A DNA stretch of 20,676 nucleotides from Octopus sinensis (GCF_006345805.1 NW_021824492.1:1-20676), one strand, 5' to 3'; shown: positions 1 to 11,872, counted from the first letter of the stretch. Notes: generated by a model not told the origin, from the letters alone. Made by a program: numbers and translations.

Positions 1-41
1 TTAACAACAGCAAAATAAGAAATCAAAGACCCCGCTTCCAT

Positions 42-262
42 CTGTCTACCTTTCTGTCTATCTGTCTGTCTGCCTGTCTGTCTGTCTGCCTGTCTGTCTG
101 TCTATCTATCTATATACAAGTACGTATATGTATGTAGATACACCTATACATATACATATATGGATATAATTATATATCTACATATATGCATAATTATGTA
201 TGTTTCAGGCTGCAGTTTCTTGCATTTTATCACGATTCTTTAATATGTGTGTGTGTGTGTGT

Positions 263-304
<42 letters not shown>

Positions 305-333
305 AATCTATCTATCTATGAATATGTATTGAA

Positions 334-370
<37 letters not shown>

Positions 371-710
371 ACATATATATATATATAACATATATGTATA
401 TATATATATATATAGACTGATAAATATAGATAAATGTATAGGCATATAACCAAACGCAGACATATATAAGCATGTATATGTATATACATACTTATATATA
501 TATATGCATATGTATGTACGTATGTATGTATGTATATATCTATCTGTCTGTATATAACCATGTGCATATACACATATATATAATACATATGTACAGACAT
601 ACACACAAACATACATATATACCTACATATGTTTGAGTCTTTTTATACAAGAGGCTGTACATGTATGTATGTATTTATGTATGTATGTATGTATGTATGT
701 TTGCATGTAT
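42..710. repeat. Compound microsatellite field (TCTG, TCTA, TG, TC, CA, TA, TATG)
   Basis: Directly visible simple repeats; overlapping ORFs are low-complexity translations. Confidence 0.95.
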
Positions 711-1331
711 AAGGATGTGAAATTATGTGTAATTTGTGTATATAACAGATTCTATTTTCTTAACTTTACACCGCTCACCTCCCAACACCTTTCATTCGCC
801 ACTGCACCACACACTATGCCTCCTGCTCCCACCGAAAATCCCTGTTACCACCACCACCACCACCTCAACTACCACTACCAACAACAACAACCACAGCATC
901 GCCGCCATCATAACTCCACACTCCCTGACAGAATTCCTCCACAGGAAATACATTGTTAACTTTGGCAGGGTTTGCAAACTCCATAATGAAGCGGTTGCGT
1001 GTCTATGCATGAGGGAAGCGTGTTTGTCGAGACAGTCCATGCCTCACCGCCGCTCCAACCCCGCCCACCCCAGCCACACAATAGCCCTATACCGTAGGAC
1101 CAGGCTACACCATGCCATAACATACAAAGTTATCATCACATCAAACAAATAACTACCTTTCAATACCCACTGGTATCGGTCTGTCCGTATCTAGGCCCTT
1201 ATCTGTATATATATATATATATATATATACACATACACACACACACATGTATATATATACATACACATGTATGTATGTATCTCTCTCTCTCTCTTTTTAT
1301 ATATATATATATATGTGTGTGTGTGTGAAAT

Positions 1332-1445
1332 TGAATAGAAAAGGCTTTTCTGATAATTTTTGTTAATATGTTATTGGGTGTAAATACCTAACTTATAAAC
1401 TAATTATTAAAGTGGAAAAATTATCAGGAAAGCCACTTCTCTTCA
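1332..1445. repeat. Imperfect 30-bp inverted repeat
   Basis: 1332-1361 tgaatagaaaaggcttttctgataattttt vs reverse complement of 1416-1445 tgaagagaagtggctttcctgataattttt, 26/30 identical. Confidence 0.85.
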
Positions 1446-1603
1446 TATTTTCAAATATATAATACTGTACCAAGGACTCTCTATTTCTGAAATCCGCTAT
1501 CTGTATACGGTGCCGTGTTTTATAATCTTGTAAATAATAATAATGGTATTTTTATATAAGCTTAAAGCTTATGGCGACCACCATGCAGTGACTAAGGAAA
1601 ATA

Positions 1604-1722
1604 GTCTAGTAATGGGGCATATCAGCCCTCAACAGAAAAAAGGAAGGCTTTCCTATCCGCGTGGGATCGAACCCACATCCCTTTGTTAATGCGACTAAGT
1701 GTGTTACCTTTGCACCAGCAAA
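1604..1722 (-). mobile_element. Degenerate tRNA-like head followed by HHR-like motif
   Basis: Minus strand: A-box tggtgcaaagg, B-box in hairpin gtggg-ttcgat-cccac, then ctgttga-gggc-tgatat-gccc; GAAA not retained. Confidence 0.5.
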
Positions 1723-1783
1723 TTTACGTCCCCCGTTTCAGTTAAATTTAAGAACAATATTAGTTCGTATTTGCATATATATA

Positions 1784-2568
1784 TATATACTCTTTTATAC
1801 GTTTCAGTCATTTGACTGCGGCCATGTTGGAGCACCACCTTTAGTCGAAGAAATAGACCCCAGGACTTATTCTTTGTAAATCTAGTACTTATTCTATCGG
1901 TGTATTTTGCCAAACCTCTAAGTCACAGGGACGTAAACATACCAACATCGGTTGTCAAGCGATGGTGGGGAACAAACACAGATACACAAACGCATAAATA
2001 TATATGCACACACACACACATATATATATATACACGATGGGCTTCTTTTAGTTTTCGTCTACCAAATCCACCCACAAGGCTTTGGCCATCCCTTGGCTAT
2101 AGTAGAATACATGTGAGGGCGCGTGGCTTAGTGGTTAGGGCATTCGGCTCATGATCGTAAGGTTGTGAGTTCGATTCCCGGCGACGCGTTGTGTCCTTGA
2201 GCAAGACACTTTATTTCACGTTGCTCCAGTCCACTCAGCTGGCAAAAATGAGTTGTACTTGTATTTCAAAGGGTCAGCCTTGTCACTCTTTGTGTCACGC
2301 TGATTATCCCCGAGAACTACGTTAAGGGTACACGTGTCTGTGGAATGCTCAGTCATTTGCACGTTAATTTCACGAGCAAGCTGTTCCGTTGATCGTATCA
2401 GCTGGGACCCTCGTCGTCGTAACCGGCGGAGTCTTTTAAGAGAGGAGATAAAGAGTAAAAAAAAAAGAGAGTAGAAGACACTTGCCCAAGTTGTTACGCA
2501 GTGGGACTGAACCCGGAACCATGTGGTTGGGAAGCATCTATTTCACCACACAGCCACTACTACGATTA
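1784..2568 (-). mobile_element. tRNA-derived SINE family A, interrupted by nested SINE
   Basis: Head at about 2481-2566 (minus tggctgtgtgg ... ggttcagtccc); body matches copies at 3227-3585 and 2619-2840; candidate TSD tgcatatatata at 1772-1783 and 2569-2580. Confidence 0.9.
2112..2469 (+). mobile_element. tRNA-derived SINE family C, nested insertion
   Basis: A-box tggcttagtgg 2124-2134, B-box gttcgattcc 2169-2178, core tgtgtccttgagcaagacac, A/G-rich tail; TSD agtagaa(t/g)aca at 2101-2111 and 2470-2480. Confidence 0.92.
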
Positions 2569-2583
2569 TGCATATATATAATG

Positions 2584-2614
<31 letters not shown>

Positions 2615-2618
2615 ACAG

Positions 2619-2840
2619 TGTGTGTCTTTCTGTCTGTGTTTGTCCTCCATTATCGATTGATAATCCGTGTTGGTGTGTTTAACTTCCTGTTACATAGCGG
2701 TTCGACAATAGGTAACGATAGATTAAGTACCAGGTTTTTTTTTAAAGTAGTAGGACCGAGTCGTTCGAGTAAAAATTCTTCAAGGCGGTGCCCCAGCATG
2801 GTCGCAGCCTAATGATTGAAACAAATTAAAGATAAAAAGA
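2619..2840 (+). mobile_element. SINE family A, 3' half, diverged
   Basis: Reverse-complement similarity to 1790-1990 (aaggcggtgccccagcatggtcgcag...atgattgaaacaa). Confidence 0.85.
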
Positions 2841-3226
2841 AGAGTATGCGGAATACTCAAGCACCTCCGTTTTCTAACATTCTGATTCCATTGGAAAAAC
2901 AAAATGTTTGTCTAATTATTATTAAATCTAAAATAAATGTAATTCTATGAATTTCTTGTATTTTCGATAAAATCCTGCTACCCCACCCCCATCCCGAATT
3001 AACAGAGAAATGTCGATTCGCTCACAGAAGCAATTAAGAAGATTGTTAATTTGAGCTTCATTAATATGGACAATAAAGATAATTTAACAAATAAATACAA
3101 ACCCGAAAATAACATCTTATTCTTAGATTTTAAAAGTATTTTCTGCAAAAAGTAGCATTTACATATGTATTACACACACACACACACACATACACTATAA
3201 GTGTGTGTGTGTGTGTATATATGTGT

Positions 3227-3585
3227 ATTCTTTTACTTGTAATAGTCATTTGACTGTGGCCATGCTGGAGCACCGCCTTTAGTCGAACAAATCGACCCCG
3301 GGACTTATTCTTTGCATGCCTAGTAATTATTCTATCGGTGTCTTTTGCCGTACCGCTAATCACGGGGATGTAAATACAACAACATCGGTTGTCAAGCGAT
3401 GATTGGGGACAAGCACAGACACACACACACACACACATGCACACACACACACGCACACACACACACACACACATACATAATACGACGAGTTTCTTTCAGT
3501 TTCCAAGGTGCCACGCAGCGGGACTGAACCCGGAACCATGTGGTTGGGTAGCAAGCGTCTTACCACACAGCCACTCCTGCGCCTA
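3227..3585 (-). mobile_element. tRNA-derived SINE family A with internal deletion
   Basis: Colinear with the 1784-2568 copy; head ends ...ccacacagccactcctgcgcct; lacks the segment between cagtttcc and aaggtgcc. Confidence 0.92.
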
Positions 3586-3951
3586 TATTATATATTGTAT
3601 ACAAAAATGAACATTTTAATTTGTGAACATTGCAACTTTTAAAGATATTTTTCTAATTCATATTTCTAAATTTTTACCGTTGATAAACAAAAAATATTGT
3701 TGAAAATATGTAAATTGGAAAATATGTAAATAAATTCATTTTAAACAATTACAAGTTTTTCAAATTTAGGTGCGTTTTCAACAACAAATTTGCCTCTCTC
3801 TGTCTTCCCTATAATATATTTGTGTGTGTGTGTGTGCTGAAAATAGCTCACCGTGGATATGGGCGAAGAGAAATGGTCAATGGACCTAGTTATGGATTCC
3901 ATTGGTTATTTACAGGAAATATAAGGAAGAAGAGACCCGGTTCCTTCGTCG

Positions 3952-4036
3952 GTCAGAGTGGCCTGGTGGGCTAAACACAGACATGGGAACACAAGTTCAC
4001 AAAAAGAACGACCCAGGTTCAAATCCTGCTGGAGGC
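3952..4036 (+). mobile_element. tRNA-like Pol III head (SINE or tRNA pseudogene)
   Basis: A-box tggcctggtgg 3959-3969; B-box ggttcaaatcc 4016-4026 in T-arm cagg-ttcaaat-cctg; no proper cloverleaf. Confidence 0.6.
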
Positions 4037-4599
4037 AAGATTTTGGAAAGCAGCAATAGGACACGTGGGTGTGCCTGGCTTCCGTACCGTGTCAGGTATA
4101 AGGGCTGAATGGGAGAGTTCTTCTCCTGAAGATCTCTGCTGCTGTGCGCTGTTATCTGTTTATGTAGGGAGATGCATGCGAATGTGACCCGTCCTCACAA
4201 AATCTATTTGGGATTCTAAAAATATTCTTCGCTTCCGTTCCTTATCGTCCAAGATACTCACTGAAACCCCGTACCTCAAAGGTAAACAACGTAAACTCGT
4301 GTTATTACCACATTGGCTTTGATGCTCTTGTGGCTGTTGTTGTTGTGTTGTTGTTGGTCTACTCTCAGGTCTACTCTGACGGTGTCGGCTTATAAGGAAA
4401 GCTTTCCACCGTGCTCATCCCGTTGTTTTAGTGAAATGGTGGACAACTACAATATTTTATACGACATTGTCGACATTAAGGCTATCATGTGTTTTGAGGG
4501 AATTTTAGCTGTTATTTCCAGCAGGCCGCGTGGCCATATGGAAGACCCTAATGTTGGCTTGGATATCTTAGGAGAATTCAATCGATATATTGTCGAGCC

Positions 4600-4715
4600 T
4601 TTGCAATCGATCGATTTCATCCCTTCCAATTCCTTAACTGCTACTTATTTTATCGATCACTGGATGTGATGTAAGACAAAAGTCGATCGAAGCAGGAATT
4701 GAACTCACAACGAAA
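4600..4715 (-). mobile_element. SINE family B fragment, diverged
   Basis: tacttattttatcga...aaagtcga...ggaattgaactcacaacg matches copies at 7844-8070 and 13478-13690. Confidence 0.75.
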
Positions 4716-5643
4716 ATATAAGCTTTGAGTATTTTAATAACATATTTTCTCCACACTTCAGCATCTGAAGATGTAACCTCCAGCAACGATGTGTGAAACA
4801 AAAACAATTTTGTTTTGGGGGAATGGCGAGGGTCAAAAGCTCTGCATGAAAATTGTATGCGTTTATCAAAGCAATACCACACCTGCTAGAAATAATAGTC
4901 AAATCTCGAAACTGTGAAGGAGTCGCTATTTATTTGAAATGGCCGCTCGTTTTGCTTGAGATTGCTGCCAAAACCTTTCTCAAATTACGTTCGGTCCTCT
5001 TAGAAAGGGATACGTCGTATAGTGTGGTTTTGGGTGCTTTGCACAGAAGGGGGAAAAACAGGAGTCTTGTGTCCTTTGGATCACGACTGAGATGGCGATG
5101 AAAATAAATCTACCTGTGAAGCTGGGGTTAGTTAACGGAATTGTTATTTATCTTTCGAATTGGATAAAGACGAGGGGACGCCAATTCAGCGATATGCAGG
5201 CGATAATACAGCGGTCGCATAAGCGACAGACGCTGGCTTCTAATTCCGCCGAAGAGCGTATGACACACTTTGATGACCAAATAAACATTTAATTTGATAT
5301 AAAGTTTATTATCACTCACACACACACACACACACACATGCGCACGCGCGCGCACAGCAGCGTACAATCCATAGAGTTTTGCAATAGCAAAAAAAAAAAA
5401 AAAAATTGCGTTTTCTATGTTGTACGAATTAAAAATCTAAAGAATTATTCCCCTTCCCCCACATACACTCACACATATATGTACGTTTCTTTATGTCAAA
5501 CGAGAGAGAAAGAGTGCTCAATACATGTTAACGGGGATATGATTTTATTTTTATTGAAACTGAAGCAATGAAATTGTCTCACGCCTCTCAAGAAGATCGC
5601 AATGGCGTGAAACTCGAACCGCAGGATAAACTTTCAGTTATAA

Positions 5644-5706
<63 letters not shown>

Positions 5707-5717
5707 ATATATATATA

Positions 5718-5749
<32 letters not shown>

Positions 5750-5773
5750 CACACACACACATACATACATACA

Positions 5774-5863
<90 letters not shown>

Positions 5864-6001
5864 TACATACATACATACATACATACATACATAATACATG
5901 CATACATACATACATACACACACATAAATATATACATAGACACACGCACGTATGTATACACACACACTCACACAAACATACACATATATACATAAATATA
6001 T
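5644..6001. repeat. (TA)n/(TACA)n/(CA)n compound microsatellite
   Basis: Direct. Confidence 0.95.
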
Positions 6002-6247
6002 GTTAGAAAAAATAAGTTCAAAAATAACAATTCAAACTTTTGGGGGGATCCAAAAAGAGAGAAAAAATTATTTCTAATAAAGATTTATTATATTCATAAA
6101 AAACAGTCAGAGCAAATAATAAGAATTGAAAAATTTCGTTATAGACCTGCAAAGTCCGATTTCCTTGGTTTTTAGAGCTAAAAAACCACCATGTAACAGC
6201 GGTTCTATCATACCTATAACGAAATTCTTCAACTATTACACATATAG

Positions 6248-6264
6248 TATTATTATCATCATCA

Positions 6265-6311
<47 letters not shown>

Positions 6312-6374
6312 TATTATTATTATCATTATTATCATTATAATTATTATTATCATCATTGTTGTTATTATTATTAC

Positions 6375-6414
<40 letters not shown>

Positions 6415-6562
6415 GTTATTATTATTATTATTATTATAATTATTATTATTATTATCATCATTGTTATTATTATTATTATTATTATTATAATTATTATTAT
6501 TATTATCATCATTGTTATTATTATTATTATTATTAATATTATTATTATTATTATCATTAGTG

Positions 6563-6605
<43 letters not shown>

Positions 6606-6639
6606 CATCATCATCATTGTTATTATTATTATCATCATT
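6248..6639. repeat. (ATT)n/(ATC)n trinucleotide array
   Basis: Direct; source of the 268-aa poly-I/poly-N ORF. Confidence 0.97.
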
Positions 6640-6854
6640 GAAGCTGGCGAGCTGGCAGAAACGTTAGCGCCCCGGGCGAAATGCTTAGCGACATTTCGTC
6701 TGCCTTTACGTTCTGAGTTCAAATTCTGCCGAGGTCGACTTTGCCTTTCTTCCTTTCGAGGTCGATAAAATAAGTACCAGTTGAGTACTGGCGGTCGATG
6801 TAATAGACTATCCTCATCCACCAAACTTCAGGTCTAGTGCCTATGGTGCGAAGG

Positions 6855-6887
<33 letters not shown>

Positions 6888-6891
6888 TATT
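6640..6891 (+). mobile_element. tRNA-derived SINE family B with (ATT)n tail
   Basis: ggcgagctggcagaa head, gagttcaaattc B-box, body ggtcgataaaataagtaccag; embedded in ATT repeats. Confidence 0.9.
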
Positions 6892-6962
6892 AGTTAATAA
6901 ATCATATGGTGGTTTGCCTGCGAGGCGTGTTCAGTGGTTCGTTGTTCAGTGTTCGTTGAGTA

Positions 6963-7144
6963 TGTGATTAATGAGAGAGAGAGAGAGACGGAAGATGGAA
7001 GATACGAGAATTTTTATTGGTCGCTGCAATCGTTTCGATCCATCTAATATCGATCCCGGGGGTGGATCGATGCTGGATGGGTCGAAACAGTGATTAATAA
7101 AAGCTCTCGTATCTTGCATCTTCCGTCTCTCTCATTAATCACAC
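6963..7144. repeat. About 180-bp imperfect palindrome with outward-facing GAAAC motifs
   Basis: tgtgattaatgagagag..acggaagatg.aagatacgaga pairs with tctcgtatcttgcatcttccgtctctctcattaatcaca; inner gtttcgatccatc...gatgggtcgaaac. Confidence 0.9.
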
Positions 7145-7206
7145 ACACGCACGCACACGCACACACACATACATACACTCGCACACAACGACACGCAGAC
7201 AGATAC

Positions 7207-7250
<44 letters not shown>

Positions 7251-7339
7251 TTCAATTGTTCAGAAAACAAATGACAAAGACAGGTGAAGGAACAACAAGC
7301 AGGTGTATTAGTTTGACGCTCGGGAAGAATGGAAAAGTC

Positions 7340-7374
7340 CTTGACGTTTCGAGCCTACGCCCTTCGACAGAAAG
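7340..7374 (-). ncRNA. Minimal type I hammerhead-like motif, variant core
   Basis: Minus: cttt CTGTCGA a gggc-gtag-gctc GAAA C GTC aagg; stems I and II pair; core position A6 is U. Confidence 0.6.
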
Positions 7375-7843
7375 GGATGAGAGGAAAAAAATGGAGAGAC
7401 CAAAAAATGTGTAGGGATTAACGGCTTAACATGATGAAATATATATAATCTTTTATTCTTCTTTTATGTTTCAAGTTTTAGCCGAAGAACTGACGTTATT
7501 ATGCAGAGGAGGCGTTAGAATACAAAATACTGCGTTGTATCCCTTCAGAGGATTTCTCATCGGGACTCGTGAGGCAATAAAAGCATGAGTAATTATATCG
7601 CTGACAGACCAGTATCTTCTTCTACAGTCACCGGAACGTGTCTTACGGTGAATAAATAATACTCCAAGATTTTTTCCAGTCTCCTGTGCGTGAGGGCGTG
7701 TGTGTGCATATTTTTATAAACTCCATATAAAGTTAGATCTTGGCAAGATTTGAACTCAGATTTGTAGACTAAAATATCGAGAGTTCTTTTATACTTCATT
7801 CTAGAGAGCGCTGCCAAACTGGCTCTGGGTCTCCGAATGTAGG

Positions 7844-8070
7844 GAATATTCTTTTCTTTTCTACTTTAGGCAAAAGGCCCCAAATTTTTGGGGAGGGGGC
7901 CAGTCGATCAGATCATCCCCAGATCGCAACTGGTACTGTAGTTTATCGACCCCGAAAGGATGAAAGGCAAAGTCGACCTCGACGGAATTTGAACTCAGAA
8001 CGTAACGGCAGACGAAATGCGGCTACGCATTTCGCCCGTCGTGCTACCGTTTCTGCTTGCTCGTCGCCTT
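7844..8070 (-). mobile_element. tRNA-derived SINE family B
   Basis: Reverse-complement homologue of 6640-6856; perfect TSD cgaatgtagg at 7834-7843 and 8071-8080. Confidence 0.93.
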
Positions 8071-8165
8071 CGAATGTAGGTAAAAGTGTAGGGAAGGGAG
8101 GAGGAAGAGAAAACGGGAAGTAAGAGGGAAAGAGGAAAAGAGAAAGTCAAGGAGAGGAGAAAGAT

Positions 8166-8262
8166 GACGAAGAAGAAGGAGACGAAGAAGAAGGAGACGA
8201 AGAAGAAGGAGACAAGAAGAAGGAGACGAAGAAGAAGGAGACGAAGAAGAAAGAAGAAGAAG
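8166..8262. repeat. 15-bp purine-rich minisatellite (GACGAAGAAGAAGGA), about 6 units
   Basis: Direct tandem units. Confidence 0.9.
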
Positions 8263-8353
8263 GGTGGGGACATTTACATCCTGGAAAATTAGATTTGAGA
8301 TGTTTGTCGCGTGAACGGAATTCCCATTGTTTCAAAACGTGAATGTAGATAAA

Positions 8354-8404
<51 letters not shown>

Positions 8405-8701
8405 CACACACACATATGTATATGTATATATATATGTATGTATACAAGTACAGACGGATACGCGCACGCGCGCACACATATACAAGTCCAAACCAAACAT
8501 GTGAGGTCCAGAAAACATTGTCTTGTGGTGTTCCTGAAGTGCTTTGATGCTTAAGTAGACGCCATGATAAGTATGACTCCAGTCAGACTACATACCTCAA
8601 GGTAGAGTTAAGTGTCTTGTTTAAGAGAGACGTGTTAGACACTTCAGAACATTAACTAAAAATCGCATTCCTTCGGATATACATACATACATACATACAT
8701 A

Positions 8702-8737
<36 letters not shown>

Positions 8738-9480
8738 TGTATGTATGTATGTATGTATGTATGTATGTATGTATGTATATTTTTTCCTTCTTCCTGTCTA
8801 CGTGTTCCTCTTTCCCCCCATATAACTTCTGTTTGCTCTCTCGGCATTTCAAGGACGCTCATTCTCTCATATACACACGCATCTACACTTACATATACAC
8901 AGGCACATAGAAAGTCACACGAGACACTCACATACAAAACCACACGCAGAAACGCTCATTCCCACCCGGAAGTGGGCCGTGACAGCGCTCGATCAATTGA
9001 CCAGAGACGTTAACTTGTCGAATAAAATGGATCACGCTATTTTATTCCGACCCTCGGCGTTTAGAGTTCAAATACAACCGAAGACATATTTTGACCTTCA
9101 GCCTATTTAGAGCAGTTATTCGCAATCAGGGTCCCTTTAAGGTTTCGTGTTAAAATTTATATTCAATAAATTTTAAGAATAGATGATATATAAAAAGGAT
9201 TTTGGGATACAATTCCTAATATTTCATTATAAACTTATAACAGGATTTGTTAAAGAACGAATAGCTTTGGGGGTGGATTCAAATAAAATAGGAACCAAAG
9301 GAGCCCATGAGTCTAAAGGGATGAGAACCAGCGATTTAGGGTCGATAATATACCAGCCCTGTGCCACAGCAGGCTCTCATATCTTCCGTGTCCTACCCAC
9401 TACCCGTACGTCTGGGCACTTACACACACACGAGCGCTCGCACACACATACACACGAAGACACTCACATACACTTATGTT

Positions 9481-9513
<33 letters not shown>

Positions 9514-9603
9514 CGTATATTAGAAGGTTTGGAAATGATGTACAGGTATTTTATATTAGAAGAAATGAGGTACTCAGAAATTCGGATGGTTTTATATTTA
9601 CAG

Positions 9604-9831
9604 ATATTTATTTGTATATTACATATTTTTATACATCATATAACTTATATCATATAATAGCGCTTTCGTCCATTCTGGTGAATTTTTCAAATTGCGTTCA
9701 TTCTGGTGGATTTTACAAATGGAAATCCATGGAGTTCCATTTGAAAAATCCACCAGAATGGACGAAAGCGCTAAAAATATGATATATGATATAAGTTATA
9801 TGATGTATAAAAACATGTAATATATAAATAT
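9604..9831. repeat. About 230-bp palindrome with HHR 3' halves
   Basis: Arms share tttttatacatcatataacttatatcatata and tagcgctttcgtccattctggtg; centre at ccatgg 9727-9732; GAAA-GCGC-TA at 9764-9773 and on minus 9658-9667. Confidence 0.92.
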
Positions 9832-10189
9832 ATTCAGGAAACGAAAAAATAGTTTCACTATTCCATAGCAAAACCGTTCTACTATACTTTGACAATTTTT
9901 TGATATCTTGGCATTTGATGCAGCAGGAGATACGATAGTTTGACCAAAACAACCGGCTATTGCAAACAAGAATAAATATTGAAAAAAATGCATTTGGCCA
10001 AATTTAGTCATGCGATAGCTTAACATAAAACCAACGATACATATATCATTTGATTCATTCTTTAATTTAATTGTTTTTCTTTTTAATTAATATCCACCTT
10101 TATTTTACTCTTAGTTGAAAAAGTCGAAAAAACAGAAACCGGTATTAACCATTACAAAGTGTATTTCATGATAAAACTATTTTAGCATT

Positions 10190-10190
10190 T

Positions 10191-10226
<36 letters not shown>

Positions 10227-10591
10227 GCTATCTATCTATCTAATCTATCTATCTATCTATCTAATCTATCTATCTTCTATCATCTGTATCTATCTAGTGA
10301 CACACACACATGCAAATATATATGCATTCATATATATATAGGTATATATATATTGTATATATATATATGTATAGATATAATATATATTATGTATATATAT
10401 ATATATAGATATAATATATATATATTATATTTATATAATATATATATATATATACATATATACTATATATATACATATTATATATATACATTAATATCTA
10501 CATATATATATATACATATATACAGATATATATATACATATATACCTATATATATATAACATGAATACATATATATATATATATATATATA

Positions 10592-10624
<33 letters not shown>

Positions 10625-10667
10625 TACATATATAACGGAAGCTTAAATAAAATAGACAAAAGATATG

Positions 10668-10708
<41 letters not shown>

Positions 10709-10776
10709 TATGTATGTATATATATATATATACTATATATATACATACATATATATGTATATATAGATATAATATA

Positions 10777-10807
<31 letters not shown>

Positions 10808-11001
10808 CATACATATATATGTATAATATATATATAATATATATATATTTATGTATATATAATATATATCATACATAATCATGTATATAATATATATATA
10901 TATAGATATATATTATTATATTATATAATATATATATATATATACATACTATATATTATGTATATATATATATAATATATATATATATATAATATATATA
11001 T
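10190..11001. repeat. (TCTA)n then long degenerate (TA)n field
   Basis: Direct. Confidence 0.95.
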
Positions 11002-11171
11002 TAAGAGATCGTACAAATAATGCATAAATCGCTGCATTTAAATATGCAACAATTTGCAATTAATGTGATTCGAAACACGTGTCGGAAAATTCTTATGAAT
11101 AAACCAACTGCAAATTAACAAAGTTTGAATGTTCAAATTCTTTATTCTCCTTATTATCAATATATATAGAA

Positions 11172-11327
11172 ATACATACTTGCATACATGCATACATACA
11201 TACATACATACATACATACATACATACATACATACATACATACATACATACATACATACATACATACATAGATGCAAACGTACATACATACATACAAAGA
11301 TACATACATATATGCATACATACATAC

Positions 11328-11390
<63 letters not shown>

Positions 11391-11400
11391 GTGTGTGTGT
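11172..11400. repeat. (TACA)n/(TA)n/(TG)n microsatellite
   Basis: Direct. Confidence 0.95.
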
Positions 11401-11840
11401 AATTGTTAAAGTGGATAGCAAACGTTAAGGCAAGACAAATATCTCAAGTCATATACGTTATTATTGGAAAAATCCAAAGTATATATATATATATATGTGT
11501 GTGTGTGTGCGTGTGTGTGTATACTTACATACATGCATACAGACACAGATTGGGAATTGGAAAATTTATAGGTGTTATTTATTCCCCCTTACACATGTTC
11601 CACACACACACACACACATGCACGTACACACATACATGTATATATGTAGATATGAACGAATACATATACATGCTTATAATGATGTGGCCGTGTTCTGCGC
11701 CCTTGAGACCTTAAGTATTGTTAAGTATTTTGGAGTTGAAAGTCAATCTGTTAGTGTAGAGATATATATAACTACAAGTTTCTATGCACCAACTTGTATG
11801 TGTGTGTATGTGTGTGTTGTGTGTGTGTGTGCGTATGTAT

Positions 11841-11872
<32 letters not shown>

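Noticed and set aside
200-959. VC/YI/HT-rich and poly-H/Q ORFs here and throughout
   Set aside because: Microsatellite and CAC/CAA repeat translations that lack stops by composition.
4313-4669. 118-aa ORF with signal-peptide-like start
   Set aside because: Hydrophobic start derives from (GTT)n, start codon is not ATG, and the ORF runs through repeat fragments.
6018-6824. 268-aa ORF, longest in the window
   Set aside because: Antisense SINE plus (AAT)n translation (poly-I/poly-N); no domain.
8166-8262. CRISPR-like array or acidic coding repeat
   Set aside because: No unique spacers, eukaryotic context, no exon support.
8961-8976. cccacccggaagtggg ETS-type site in a small hairpin
   Set aside because: Single short motif with no supporting promoter context.
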